Program-made: the position numbers and the translations under genes
The notes under the pieces: model-generated
Databases searched by the model: none
The model's input: only the letters and a program-made list of their open reading frames with translations
Told to the model about the DNA's origin: nothing
NCBI GenBank assembly: GCA_973895155.1
Contig: OZ316894.1
Coordinates: 13,945,580-14,009,579 of the forward strand
Length of the DNA stretch: 64,000 nt
DNA from: Marsupella aquatica
Lineage: Eukaryota > Plantae > Marchantiophyta
Reading direction: 5' to 3'
Shown here: in pieces, positions 21,773 to 35,744 of the stretch
How the letters are laid out: every line of letters starts with the position of its first letter
How positions within the stretch are numbered: the stretch's first letter is position 1

Positions 21773-23742
21773 TTGGTGTTACTTTGCTCGCTAAAGATGG
21801 AGACCAAAGGCTCTAGCTATGAAGAAGCTATGGCCTCTCTAGAGAAGGATAAGTGGATGGAGGCAATGTTGAAGGAGATAATTTTTTTGAAGAAGAATTC
21901 AACTTGGCGCTTGACTAACATGCCTCACGGGAAGACACTGGTTCCGTGTAGATGGTTGCACAAGAAGTAGGATGACACTTACAAGGCATTCATTGTGGCC
22001 AAAGGGTACACCCAAAAGGAGGGCTTGGACTACACAAAGATATTCTCACCAGTTGTCAAACTCACTACTATTTGTGTTTTACTTGCAATTGTGACATTCT
22101 AGGATCTTGATTTAGATCAGATGGATTTAATTATTGCTTTCCAACATAGATTGCTTGATGTGGAGATTTATATGACTCAGCCTCTAGGTTTTATTGACGA
22201 GAAGACCAGACACTTTGTGTGTAAGCTCTTGCGCTCATTATACGGATTGAAGCAATCCCAGACAACAGAATAAGCATTTTGATTCCTTCATGTTGTCTCA
22301 GGGGTTCACACAGAGTGAACATGATTGTTGTATTTACATGAAGGAGGTGGAGAATTACTCATGTTTTGGTTAGATTGTGCTGGCACTGTACATGGATGAC
22401 ATGTTGGTCCTGGCTGAGAATAAGTCTAATGTTGCCCATCTAAAAGCAATGTTGAGTAAGAAGTTTTCAAGAAAGGTCTTGGGTCAGGCCAAGAAGATTC
22501 TAGGGATGGAGATTTATTGTGACAGAGAGCAGAGGCAATTATAGTTGTCTCAAAGGCAATCTTTGGAGAAGGTACTTGCCAAGTATAGAATGGAGAATGC
22601 AAAACCAGTTGGTAGTCCATTCGCTTCCCACTTTAAACTCTCAAAGAATGATTGTCCTTCTAGTGAGTGATAGACTAGCGATGAAACATGTTCCCTATGA
22701 TAGTGTTGTGGGTAGTTTGATGTACGCGACGACATGCACTAGACCTGACATTGCCCACGTTGTTAGCATTTGAGCAAATTTATGGCAAATCCTGGTAAGC
22801 TTCACTGGGAAGCAATGAGGTGGGTTTTGCAGTACCTCAAAGGTACCTTAGATTATGGGATCTTATTTGACGGTAAAGCAAACTCTACATTAGAGTTGGA
22901 AGGTTTTGTAGATTCAGATTATGCTGGTAACTTGGATAACAGAAAGTCTACTACAGGCTATGTGTTTATGCTAGGTGGAGGTTGTATCAGCTAGAAGTTG
23001 ATAATTCAATTATGTGTTGCATTGTCTACGACTGAGGCTAAGTACATGGCTGCTTGTGAGGCAACCAAGGAGCTGATCTGGCTACGGAGACTGGTGAGTG
23101 ATCTGGGTCTTTCACCTGAATGACTGGTGTTGTTGTATGATAGTCAAAGTGCTTTGCATCTGGCTAAGAACCCTGTGTTCCATGCCAGGACAAAGCACAT
23201 TGATATTTGTTATCGCTTCATCTGTGAGGTGATTGAGACAAAGCAAATGTTTTTGGAGAAGGTGGCTTCAGAGGATAATGCAACAAACATGTTTACCAAA
23301 GTTTTACCTACGAGTAGCTTTTGTCATTGTGTGTATATTATTAATGTTAGGGCCAAACCGAAGACTATGTAGATATGTTAATTACATACTGTGTTTCAGC
23401 TAACTCATTGTGTGAATTGGAGTCAAGGTGGAGATTGTTAGGAATTGACTTGAGTTCCCTACTTAGTTAGTTTGGCCTTACTAGGGTTAGTTAACCCTAG
23501 ATTACATTAGGATAAGATGCACTTAGTTTAGGCCCACGCATCTTGGCCCCCTTGAGGGGTATAGGTTGGAGAGAGAGCACTCTCTCCCTCATTCTTCACA
23601 TATACTCTCATTTGCTATGGACGGGGCTATGGAGCCTTCAGGAGTTTCTCCACTCGGGGTGTCTTGTCGGTGCATCGTTTGATTGAGTGTCTCTCTCATA
23701 TTTCCGCATTGTTGTCTAGTCTGAAGCCGACGGTTTCTTACA
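21773..23742 (+). mobile_element. Degenerate Ty1/copia RT-RNase H with PPT and 3' LTR (~23436-23742)
   Basis: SLYGLKQS, LYMDDML, TRPDIA, FVDSDYAG, YDSQSA..FHARTKHID. PPT AAGGTGGAGAT followed by TGTTAGG. Confidence 0.85.
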
Positions 23743-25399
23743 GTGGCTTTTACCCTTGTTATACCCCCTTTATTGGTCTTTGCAATTTATCAACCTATTC
23801 ATTAAAAGTGTATTATTATTTTATTTATGAACATTTGGGCAATGTAAAGTGTATTTTTGAGCCTGAAAAAGTGTACATTTGGCGAATGAAAAGTGAACAT
23901 TTGGGGATAAAAAATTGTACAATTGGCCTAAAGAGTGTACATTTGAGGGGGTATGCAGCATAATCAGTGTTGATATCAATTATCAGTTTTGACACTAATT
24001 TTGTTTCTAAATCTTAGTTATGTAGCTGAGATGGGGCCTTTGCACCTTTGCGCATCTCAGCTGGGCAATTGAAATTGACTCAATCTTGGCTGACCTCGCC
24101 AAGAGGTGTGCAAACAAAAAAATGGGCCCAAAAGAATAATCGTAAAATTTTGAAAAAAGAAAAAATGGGATTTTTTTGCGTTGTACTATAAAAACACTTG
24201 CCTATCTCAACTGACCTCGCAAGGTGGGGCGTCTGTACCATACAAGACACCCCCTAGTGAACAAAAATCAAACAAAAAAATTATCTCTTGAATTCTTCCT
24301 AAACCCTAAATTGTAAACCCTTTTTTTCTCATGCCACAACTCATCAGCCTCTCTGAGATGAGGTGACAGCTGATATTAAGCTGATTGATGGAGATGAATG
24401 ATAATTGTTCAGATTACTTACCTTATATTTGAGCTCCAAATAAATACAAAAATAAAACTTGGATGGACCTCTAGGTTTGCCAAAATGCTCCCACAGATTT
24501 TTACAACTCATATGCACCGCATTTAACTCACAATGTCACAAGGAATATTCCTAATTACTCCATGTGTATTGTATAGTTTCTTTCTACTGTCCATGGGAGC
24601 ATTGTTTTCAAATAAATACATTTGAGTATATCTGAGTGAAAAATGTGTACATTTGGCTTAAAAAGTATACATTTAAATGTATTTGGTATAATAAGTATAG
24701 ATTTAAGTGCACTAAAGTGTATATTTAGCCTAAAAAGTGTACATTTTCCTAAAAATTGTTATTATAATCATTAGATACAAAGTATGAATAGAAAAACATT
24801 TCTAATTATGCAAAAAAAATAGGCATTCATATTTATATTAATGAAAAGTTTAGAAAATGAGCAGTTAGTATAACTAACACTCAATGGTATGGTTTCACAG
24901 AATTATTAGAATAGTAAGTAACTATGTAACTATGCATGTTTGAGTTAGTGACTTACATAAAAACCTAGTAACTAATTACACCTTAGTATCAACTAAGTCT
25001 ATTTTTCCATCCATTGGAGATAACTTTGGACAGTTTGTAGAATACTTCAAGGAATTTTCAAACCTATGCTTGCCATATTTTCTTCTTTCATTCTTGATTT
25101 AAAACCATACATTGCAGATTTTGCATATTGTCAATATTGAGAGTTCTCACCAAACCCTGGATCAAGGTAGCAAGGATCATCACTTATCAGCCACTAATAA
25201 CTGATATAAACTATCGATATCAGTTATCACTTTTTCCACCTTAAAATTTTTGAACCTCAACTGAGCAATTGAGATGGCAACTTTGCACTTCCACGCATCT
25301 CAGCTAGGCTCAATCTCAGCTGACCTCACCAAGATCGGCGTACGGACAAAAAAATAAATTCAAGCTTCCCAATTCAAACTATCTCTCAAAGAATGATCG

Positions 25400-26700
25400 C
25401 ACTTCTGGTGAGAGTGATAGATTGGCAATGAAATAGGTTCCCTATGATAGTGTTGTGGGTAGTTTGATGTATGTAGTGACATGCACTAGACCTAACATTT
25501 CCCACTCTATTAGCATTTTTGAGTAGATTTATGGCAACACTGGTAAGCTACAACGGAAGCAATGAAATGGGCTTTGCGTTATTTGAAGGAACTTAAATTG
25601 TGGGATTTCATTTGATGGTAAAGCAAACTCTAGCTACTCTAGAGTTAGGAGCTAGATTATGTAGATTCAAGTATGCTAGTAACTTGGATAACATGAGTCT
25701 ACTAGAAGCTATGTGTTTATGTTGGGTGGGGGTTGTATGAAAGTCGACAACTCAATCTTGTGTTGCGTTGTCTACTACTGAGGTTGAGTACTTGGCTGCC
25801 TATGAGGCAACCAATAAGCTAATCTGCTTACGAAGATTGGTGAGTGATCTGGGTCTTTTACCTGAAAGATTGGTGTTGATGTGTAACAGTCAAAGTGCTT
25901 TGCATCTGGCTAAGAACTGTGTGTTCCACACGAGGACAAAGCACATTGATATTTCTTATCACTTCATTCGGGAGGCAATTGAGACGAAACTGATGTTTCC
26001 CGGAAAAAGGTGGCTTTAGTTGAGAATGCGACAGGCATGCATGCTTAACAAAGCTTTACATATTGGTAGCCTTACACATTGTGTCTCATTGTGTGAACTG
26101 GAGTCAAGATAGAGATCGTTAGGAATTCACCCGAGTTCTTGACTATAGTTAATTAGTTTGGCTTTATTAGCTAGTGTTACATAGTTAGCCCTTGATCACA
26201 TTAAGATAAGATCCGCTTAGATTAGGCCCACACATCTTGGCCCCCCGTGAGGATATAGGTTGGAGGGAGTGCATTCTCTCATTCGTAAACCCTAAGTCCT
26301 GGATTTTTTCCTTTGTATGTGTGTACAAGGTTATGAGGCATTACCCCTAGGTGAAGCCACAAAACCCCTGGGCCAGCCTGGCCTGGGGATTATGAAATTT
26401 GAATGAGAAATAGGGTAAGTGCAAGTGGCAGACAGTGATAGAACAGACTTTTCCTATGTAAAACTGAACTAAATGTTGTGTAAAAATTCACTCGGGCTTT
26501 ATGCTTGGTAACTCAACGCCCTTTGGGATTACATCCCATTACCCCCTCTTGGGGATTGGTTACCCTACACATTTTTCACATGTACACTCATATGCTATGG
26601 ATCATTCAAGTGTTCCTCTATGCTTGATGTCTCATTGATGTAATGTGTGATTGAGTATTTTTTCATGTTCGGCATTTGCCTTCTAGTGTGAACCACAATA
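25400..26700 (+). mobile_element. Second fragment of the same copia family (RT end, RNase H, interrupted LTR)
   Basis: PYDSVVGSLMY, STTEVEY, FHTRTKHID. The LTR-like sequence from ~26117 resembles 23436 onward. Confidence 0.75.
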
Positions 26701-27890
26701 TATATATACCCCAGTTGTGATGGGCATTCTCTTTAAACTACAGAAAGATAAAAGAAAAAGCACAAAGAGAAAGATCTACAAATGATTTAACACGAAGTAG
26801 AAACAAAAGGAAAGTCCGTTCAGTGTTCATAGCCGACCAGATACGTTTGTTAAATAATGCCGGGCTAAATTACTGTAGCGCCGCCGGCTTGCGGAGGGCC
26901 CCAAGGCCCAACCACCAATTGCAACTACGTACAGGGACTGGGGTTGTGTGCTACTGTAATGGTCGGCCTGCGTGTGGTTCAATTTACCGATGGGTCGCGA
27001 TGCACTACGATGGCAGAGATCGACCATCGATACCACTCCGACACGGCGACTCTGCTTCCGACGAGCTTCAAGGCTCGTGAGGGCACGTCGGAGCGTTTCC
27101 TTTTGGATCTCTTTGAGAGGTTCCCTTCCTTCCTTTCTTTCTTGCCTGGTCATCACAAATTCACAGTCAGATAGTTCGAAGAATGCGGTGAGGTAGCAGC
27201 AGTAAAGTCAGTGGCCTTGGGCAGCGGGCGGTGCCGCAAGCAAACAGCACGCAGCGAGACAGGCGAGAACATCGCGCCCTCTCAACAGTCGTACTGCATA
27301 GAAGTACAGTAGAGGCTTCCCACACACTACTCCGCATTATTTGTGCAGGTTTCTTCTATCTGTCGAGTGAGCGTGCGCTGGTTTCCCTCGTTTTGGGTGG
27401 TCTCATACTCTCATCTGCCCGCTGTACCGTTCTCCGCCTTTCCTCTGGCAGCGGAGTCGACCTTTCCAGTAAAGGAACGGTGTGGTACGTTAGCCTTCTT
27501 TTCCGGGATTGGCCTACGGATTGGAGGAGGAGGTCGACTCTTGTAGATGTAAGTCAGATAGTAAGTACGTGCAATTGAATTCTAGGTGAGCGAGAGCTAC
27601 AAAGCCTTACTGAGGTAGTGTTTCGAGACGACAAGGATTTTGTTTAATTATAGAGTGTAACACGAACGAAGTGGAGCAGGAGCTGAGGAACTGCTTCATC
27701 AATCGGGTTACGAGGTTTGGATCTTCATCTCAAGGAGGGTTGGATTCTCATGAGGGAGGGATTTGCTTGGATGCGGAGTGGGGTGTGAGCCTCGCTGCGT
27801 GAAGTCGGGACTTTCTTCTCGAGTATCAGGTTTATTTGGGCCTGGTAGATCGAGCCTGCTGGAGTGTGGTAAAAGGGCGATTTCGTGGCT

Positions 27891-28682
27891 ATGGTAGGCA
27901 TGGCCTTGGGGTTTTTGGAAAGCTCTTGTGTGCGGAAGTTAGGAACCTGTCCAGCCGTTGCTGAAGGAGGCCAGACCAGTATATCGAGAAGTGTAGGTGC
28001 ATGCTTCGTCCCTTTGCCTCAGTTATGGAGAGTTTTTGTCCCGCAACGAGTAGATAGTGGCAGGAGACTTGTACACTGCGCGGAGCAACCGTCCAGGACA
28101 TCCTTTGGAGCTAAGGTTCTTTCCCGACCCACGACTTCGATTCCCCGGAGCACAGTTGCGGATTATCCCTCTGTACCGAAGAAGCCGCTTGAGCTTTACA
28201 CAGTAGGTGACTTCATGACTCGAGTGGAGGATCTTTATTGTGCAAGCCCGGGCACCACCGTGGATGAAGCGCTGGAGACATTGGTGGAGAAGAGGATTAC
28301 AGGATTGCCCGTTATCGATGAGCAAGGTAGGTTGGTTGGGGTGGTTTCGGACTATGATTTGCTTGCACTGGATTCCATCTCAGGTAAACGGAACGATGAA
28401 GGTAGCCTATTCCCTGCAGCGAACAGCACCTGGAAGGCTTTTAAAGAGATTCAGGTTCTTCTAGGGAAAACTCATGGAAAGACTGTTGGTGAGCTGATGA
28501 GCCCCTCTCCCATTGTCGTCAGGGAGCTGACGAATATTGAGGATGCGGCCAGGATTCTGCTGGAGACCAAGTTCAGGCGCCTGCCAGTCGTTAGTGAGAC
28601 GGGAAAGCTGGTTGGGTTGTTGACTAGAGGTAATGTAGTGAGGGCTGCGTTGATTATAAAACGATTGAACCAAAACGAGTGA
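27891..28682 (+). CDS. CBSX1: CBS domain-containing protein, chloroplastic (CBSX1/CBSX2-like), single coding exon
   Basis: Transit-peptide-like N-terminus, then YTVGDFMT..TTVDEALETLVEKRITGLPVID..LVGVVSDYDLLALDSISG..TWKAFKEIQ..LEDAARILLETKFRRLPVV-type motifs ..GKLVGLLTRGNVVRAAL. CBSX1 and CBSX2 cannot be distinguished here. Confidence 0.92.
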   Translation: MVGMALGFLESSCVRKLGTCPAVAEGGQTSISRSVGACFVPLPQLWRVFVPQRVDSGRRLVHCAEQPSRTSFGAKVLSRPTTSIPRSTVADYPSVPKKPLELYTVGDFMTRVEDLYCASPGTTVDEALETLVEKRITGLPVIDEQGRLVGVVSDYDLLALDSISGKRNDEGSLFPAANSTWKAFKEIQVLLGKTHGKTVGELMSPSPIVVRELTNIEDAARILLETKFRRLPVVSETGKLVGLLTRGNVVRAALIIKRLNQNE

Positions 28683-31600
28683 AGTATAGGTGGATCAACA
28701 CACTGGGATTCCGAAATGTATCAATCGGTCAACTCAATAATTAATCCGTTGTTTAGGAAGATTATAGGATTCTTTTCAGATGCCTGCTCCTATCTTGGCA
28801 GCCACTTGACTAGCTATAACTGCAGCAGGAATTCTTCATTTGGAGCTCATTTTAAACTACTTTTATTTTATGCTCCTGCTTTCGTTGAGATAAATTTTAA
28901 ATAAACATGATTCCTTTTTTTTTCTGAATATTGTTAACGTCCTCTCTACTCCTCCGTGTGTATCCGAACGCAAGTTGAACAGTTAAACTCGACTTTGGTC
29001 TTTCTTGATGTGATCTGCAATTAGCGACGACGGAGATTTGGTACGGGTGGGTCATATCTGCCATAAGTGTCACGGTCCGGGTCATACTCCCCGAGCACTT
29101 CGGCTTTAAGAGTTCTGATGACTTCACTCGAAGCAGGAATAGCACTGGTTATTAAAATCGTCGGAGGGCTTTCTTGTGTTTGCAATTGCCTCTCGAACGT
29201 TCGAAGTGTCGAGAATGTGTCGCCAGCTGTGTCAAATCTGCAACTTTGACCCATGATGAAAAGAGTGGGTCGTTAAGGGTATTGTTTCTTATGACGGGGT
29301 TGTGGTCATGGTTGGACCCGCTTTTCCCTCGTTCGTTTTCTTTCTTAAGGAGATCTTTTACTCCTTATAGGGGTTCTGGTCATGGTTCTGAACGGGAAGG
29401 GGTCTTGGTTCAACCCCCTTTTCCCCAATATTTTTCTTCCTTAAGGAGAATTTTGACGTTCTGGTCATGGTTCTGAACCGGAGTAATAGTTGTGGTTCAA
29501 GAGAGTACTTTGGTCTAACGTTTTGCTACAATTTCGTGCTTCCATCCCGTACAAGAAAGAGCGGCAATTTTTACTGCCCTTGAAGCACAGGGTGTCCAGG
29601 CTGTACTGTGGTTTAAGGGAGATAAAGCACAAGTATGCAAAGAGAAAGTCCACGCTGTGCTTTTAAGTTGTGTATTATTGTTCGCTCCGGCTGCCTTCAG
29701 GCCATTCCGGTGGAGGCCAAGGTAGTGGTTGAGTTGTAGTTATGTTGTAGTTCTTGAGGTAGGTTGTAGGTTTGTTTCTCCTGTTGTTTTCGGGTTTCCT
29801 TTGGAGCAGTGGAATAGTGATCCCTGGGTTCACGTCTGCACCATCTGAAGTCAGCTGACCATTGGAAGGTGAGCTTTCCCAAAAGTCTGGATGTTGGTAG
29901 AAGCAGATTCCTAAGTTGCTCGGTCACACTGGCTGATGAAAGAAGGTTCTTCTTCTAGTAGGGTTGAGGATTCTTTCTACTCACCCTCTCTCCGGAAGTG
30001 TCTGGCTGGGTGGGCCCCTTGGCTGTTTCTTGTTTGAGGCAGTCTCTTTCCGTTTTTGCGTTCAGTTGAGGCAGTCTCTTTCTGTTATTGCGTTTAGTGG
30101 TAACTAAAAAGTGGCACTCAAGAACAAAAGTGGCATTCAAGAACCAAAAGAAAAACAGATACTGAATGGAACAACCAAAGCCACTACAGGGACGTATTGC
30201 CACTTTATTCTCCACCACCTGATACATCTGAGGGTTGCAACCAAAAGACCTCTTTGATCTCTTTCAAACAATTAGGCAGACTAGGCCTTGTAACAACTGC
30301 CACAATCTCTGTGATGTTTTACTGCTGTAGTTCTTGAGAGTGGATCCAAGTAGAGCCAATCCAGGATATAAGCGAAAGCCTCTGTCTGTGACTTCAAAGC
30401 GCTAGACACTGATTTTCATTTGTACCGATATTCCGAGTAAGTTGTAGTAGCTGTCATGATAGGCAGATTATGTCTACCTATTCTCATCGGATGAAATGGT
30501 ATTGTGCCACTAGAGAGGAAAGGGCCTACAGGGGAAACGGCCTAAAGAGGAAAGGGTCTCTAGAATACCTAACACCAAAACAAACAACATCTGAAAGCAA
30601 ATACAGTCGGTCCAATACTTTAAGTGCCAGGCTTCAAGCTTGGATTTGTTTAAGCAAAGACAGTCAGTCGATTACTTCAAGTCCAAGGCTTCAAGCTTAG
30701 AGCCCGTGAGTTCAAGTGCTTGGCATTTAGGAGTTTTTGTGCAACGCTAAGCACCTGAATTGTACCGTCTTGTGTCTACTTTTCTCTAGGTGGTCGGAAT
30801 GTGTAAACATTTGGCTTACCGTTGTCTTCAATACCTCTAGCCTTCAGGAATGTTCACGTGTATTCAGTTATTGTGCTATTCCAAAATACTAACCATTTGT
30901 GCTAACGTAGTGACAGGAGTTTGTGTGTTTAGTGACCAAACCCCTGAAAAAGCTTTTTGCCCTGCTAAAGTATTTGCTTTCACTCTTAGAAGAATCGATG
31001 ATGGTTACCTTAAACTTGTCACTGGGAAGACATGTTCCTCTAGGTGCGCACAATCACAACTCGAATATGAAACATCACCCGGAATAAACGTAAGCCATGA
31101 TTTAGCTCCTGTCTAGAATACAGGTCTTGAATCGAGTATTGCTGGCAGAGACATGAGAAAGGTCGCCATATTGAGCTAGTATTGCATTCGAACCTCGAGC
31201 CTCTATTACTGTCTTTTAACACATCGACGATGCGAAGCCAGTAGACACTTCAGAGTTTCGGTACTCTATCCCTGACAACACTCAACTGTCTGCCTCCATG
31301 GAATGCTCTAAAGGGACCATCGCAAAAGTAATCACGTTTTGTGACCAACGAAATCCATCCAGAGAGCAAGTTTCACAGCTTTGTTTTCAAGTTACTTAAG
31401 TGGGATTCATCCGGTACCTACATCACTGCAACCACACCTCGTAGTCGCAATTCCTGCTTGATTTGCCGACGACCATGTAACGGACTTCACATTCAATCCG
31501 ACAAGTACACTGCACGATCCAGACGTCACATGACTAAGAATCGGTGAATTTCACACGTACCTCTGCAAAAGTACGGGCGAGTGCCTTTGAAACGAATAAA

Positions 31601-33629
31601 GCCACAGACCCAAGGATATCATTTATGCTTCAGATTCAGTACTCTGCTCGATGTCAGAAAAACCAATGTCTGGCAAGAATTTCGAAAACGTGTCTTTAAA
31701 CTTCCTGCTTGGGAACATTTACTCGTTAATTATTGGGGATAGACAAACGGGGAGAACAGCACGTACAGTTTACAGGAATTAAACAACGAGAGCAACTGAT
31801 TCCTGCGCCTCTCAGGCTTGCGCGTATGCAGGACAATACGTAGCTGCTTTTGACGCATTGGTGGAAATCATCAAGGGCGATTCGGCAATGGAAAGATTGC
31901 CTGAAAGACATCCTTGCGCCACAAAAATTGATGTACAGTTTCTGCCTAAATTCGATTACGTTTCACATTCATGCACTACCATGCCGTCAAAGCTAGAGGT
32001 AATCGAAAGACTAATGACCACAAAAAGTCCTGACAAAGTTTCCTCAATGTAAAATGAGGACATGGCATAAGTAAACTGTCGGCGACAGATTAATACATTC
32101 TCTACATCGCAAGCTAGCCACACATATTCAACGACCCAGGATAACAATAGACGGCAATATCTTTCGATCATGCCCATCTCATTTAGGTCATGGGCAAAAG
32201 CCAAAGGATATAAAGGGCTCAAAAGATTGATTAGCTAAAAATCCTTGAAAAGTTACATGTATAAAGATGTGACATATTTCCACGGATACAAACTTCAATG
32301 TCCACAATCTATCTCACACTAGAGTCTGCTGCCTTCAAGTCCAGAAAGATCCACGCCAGTAGAGCAGGCGAAAATTTGTACAGGCACACAGAAGCTCGAG
32401 ACGGCGGATCGGCGACAAACCGCAAATACCCTTCGCGTTGTTGCAACCTGTCAATACTCATCGGTAATCACAAACTCTGCCAGCGCGTCAATTTAGTGTG
32501 GCACAACATGTACTCATCCACGAGTTGCAGCCCCAGAACCCATGGCCCTAATCGTCGAGAGTCAGTTCAAGGTTGCCAGATTCTCGGGTGACTACATGAA
32601 CCACGAAAGGGACCAGACGAATGGCAGCTATCCAAACGCCCAGGACAGTGAGATGAGACTTCAGTTGACCGTAGGCCTCGGCTTTATCAGGCCGACGCGG
32701 AATTCCTCCGAGAAACATTGTGGCCTGCCTTGACGCACTTTCGCGCTTCACAGTCGCTTCACAACCGCCCGGGCTTGGTGCTTCTGAAGATGAAGTCGAT
32801 CGAAGTCCAGCTTTCATGCGACGCAGATTGTGATGTCGAACTCCCTCGATGAATTAGAATGACTTTGCCTACAACCCTAAAGGATTCTGTACATTTTCTT
32901 CCTCAAACACAGCACCACCTTAATTAAGCTCCAATGGACCACGCTGCCAATGCTGATCGTTAGATCGAATCGACGGTTGAAAAAAGCCATAAGATTGTCG
33001 AATCTATTAAGATTCTTTGTCTAGGCCTTACACTACTGCACTAAGAATCTCCAGCGGTAGGGATTAGACCGGCCCCTAACCCCCAAAAAGGGCCAATAGC
33101 AGTCAAAAATGCCCCATGTGGCCATAACATTGGCGGATGATAACCTTTTCACTTGACTGGGACCACCACATTTGTGGGGATTGGTAGTGGAGGACACTAC
33201 CTCCATCCTTGCCTCCTTCCCCATTGATGCTTGCAAGTGTCCCATGCGTCAGGAGATCCTGCAATTGCCTGCACAATGGCGCAAAGTACTTGTGCAAATC
33301 CAAATATCACTCAACTTGGTCAGATGTTTGAATAGGAGAGGCATGATAGACTTGTGGTTCCAGTATGAAGCTGGACCCCATTCGAGAATTCCACTCTGCA
33401 CTGTGCATTCTCGTGCCATACTCAAGATCACACCTCTGTCAAGGACCTGCCTCCATGGGAATTCTATGTGGGAAAAACAACTCCAATGATGAGCTAAAGC
33501 AAGTGTGCTATAGCGTGTTGCATATCTCCCAAGATCCATGTGTAAGGAATGGGCAACAAGCCAACACAAGGACAAGGTCGGTGACCACTACAAGAAACAC
33601 AAGCCAAAGGGCACAAAAGTGAGGGGAAA

Positions 33630-34528
33630 GAAGTCTCTTACATGGAAGTGGGGGACATCAAGAAAGATGTCAGCAAGTCATTGGGTGTATGCAACAAGTA
33701 GAAGGTAGGCAGACATAAGGGACAAATGAGGCGGACACCATCAAATCTGCAAAGGAGTTGTATGTTGAGAATCACCCAAAGCACAAGAATTTCATGTTTG
33801 ATTCAAGTTACTTGATTATGAAAGAGTGCCCACGGTGGTGCACTCCAGTTGACGATCTCATGGGCAAGGGGAAGAATAAAACGATGGCAACAATGAAGGG
33901 AATATAGACAAGGAGAACTCCAGCCCAACTGCAGAAGTCATAGGGTCCGATGAGGAAGGACAAGCAGCAGATGTGGATGATGCCTTTGACAGTGGATAGT
34001 CTGCTACAAAGAAAAGACCATCCAGGAATAAGTTTGCCAAGGAGGAGGTGAAGCGGCTCAAGCACCAACAAGATGCATTACTGCACAGGCCCAGATGGAG
34101 ATGGCAACTGCTAACTCTCAACGGGCAAGAGTTATGGAAACAATTCTTCCATGACTTTAATTTCCTTGCCTACAGATGGAATGTCTAAAGAATTGCAGCA
34201 GTTTATGAATTCTTGAAACTTGGGGGAGGCAATGAAATTGAAGAAGAAAATGGACTCCCAACAACAGAATGTCAATATGCAAGAGGAAACTACTGAGCAG
34301 CCAGTTCGACCTCCCAATCCACAAGCATTTGTTTGTCATCCTGATTTTCTTGCGCCTCCACCACCCCCAGTGGTTGACGTAGAAGATGCCTCTGACGAGG
34401 GCGACTACTATGAAGCATTTCCTGTTGTAGGCCAGGAAGAACCCATTTTGGACTCACAGCGGCCAATTCCTAAACCTATGCTAGATCAGAATCAATTCAT
34501 GGCATTGTTGAACCATGTTCAACAGTAG
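33630..34528 (+). pseudogene. Remnant of a PIF/Harbinger-type Myb/NAM-associated ORF
   Basis: Frameshifted KWGDIKKDVSK...EADTIKSAKELYVENHPKHKNFMFDSSYLIMKECPRW...KRP, the pattern of the NAM-associated domain. Confidence 0.55.
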
Positions 34529-34989
34529 GGGTAGTGGAATTATGTAATTTTGAATTTTAAAATTGTTGATGTACAATGAAGAGTACATTTGAACCTCATT
34601 GAATACAATTTGTCCTTGTGCAATTCATTACACATGACCTGATTAGACCTTTCAAGTGCATGGCTGTCAAGGTTCTTTCGAAGTTCTACCGCTCCAATTT
34701 TATTTGCCAATGTTCACTCCCAATTCATGTGAATTAATTTTTGCCCTGTACACTTGGTCTCCTGGTACAGAAGGGTCTAATTGTACTGGGCTTTCACACG
34801 CAGGGCACACTTCTCATAGTCGGTGCACACTTCTCATAGTCGGTAGTGACTCTGCCACCTGACTTCACAAACTTTGCAAACCTCCCAACGTATTCCATTG
34901 GAGTCCCCGCCAGAAAGAGAATAAGTGCAAAGTGCAGGGGGGCCTGGTTTTTATTCTTGCACCCTTGAGCAATTTCTCAGTCCTTGAGA

Positions 34990-35105
34990 AAATTTGGTCG
35001 CAGCATTCCTTCAGCATTTGGTCGCAGCCTTCGATGGCAGCCTTCAACATTTGGTCGCAGCATTGAGTGGCAGCCTTCAGCATTGGGTGCCAGCCTTGAG
35101 CATTC
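34990..35105. repeat. Degenerate short tandem repeat (CAGCATTTGGTCGCAGC core)
   Basis: Three to four imperfect 21-33 bp units. Confidence 0.6.
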
Positions 35106-35744
35106 TCCCTAGTGTTGTTCAATTTGCCTCTGGTTTCAGGTAAGGAAGAGGACAGCATTCAATTTTCTTTCGAAGACCTCAATTTGCATGTGAGAATTGA
35201 GTTCGCTTGTGCTGCACATCTTTGCAGAGCCTCAACATGCCAAATACGAAAGTGACTGCCACAGTGCCACCAAGCCGGCCACTTCATATGATTCAAAGGC
35301 AGGTGGAGTCACTGAAGCCACCAGCGCCCCTGCTCCAGTTGAACCTGAGACTGCTCGACCACTTGAACTCCAAGCTCGCCCAAAGGCAAGAGCAAGTCAG
35401 AGGTTGGAAGGCAGTGCTCGGAGGGAGAGACTTGAAGAGAAGAAGTTCAAGCCAGAACTCCAGAAATTGAAGGAGAGAGAGAAGGAGACAAAGGAGACCA
35501 CCTTTGACTCGGAAGGCAGCTCGGATGATGGAGTGTTGATTGATGGGTACAATGGCAGTACCCTGACGATTAGGGACCTAGGCAACATTGTGTAGCTGAT
35601 CTATGCGTACTTGCAGTTCTGAGTTCAGCAACTGCAAGTGTTTCAGCTAGTTTTGAGTTCAGCATCGTTAGGTTCCACTGTCCATTTTGAATTCAGCTCC
35701 AACTTTTGAGCTACAAATTACGGCAATGTAGTTTACAGTACATA

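Noticed and set aside
24300-24310. Telomere-like AAACCCT motifs (also near 15, 10707, 26287, 61306)
   Set aside because: Isolated one or two copies, not arrays.
26823-27578. Overlapping 67-115 aa ORFs upstream of CBSX
   Set aside because: No recognisable domains, so more likely promoter or 5' UTR.
29648-29670. miR396-like sequence
   Set aside because: Too many mismatches to the conserved mature sequence.
35197-35595. 132-aa charged ORF as a host gene
   Set aside because: Non-ATG start, low complexity, and flanked by TE debris.
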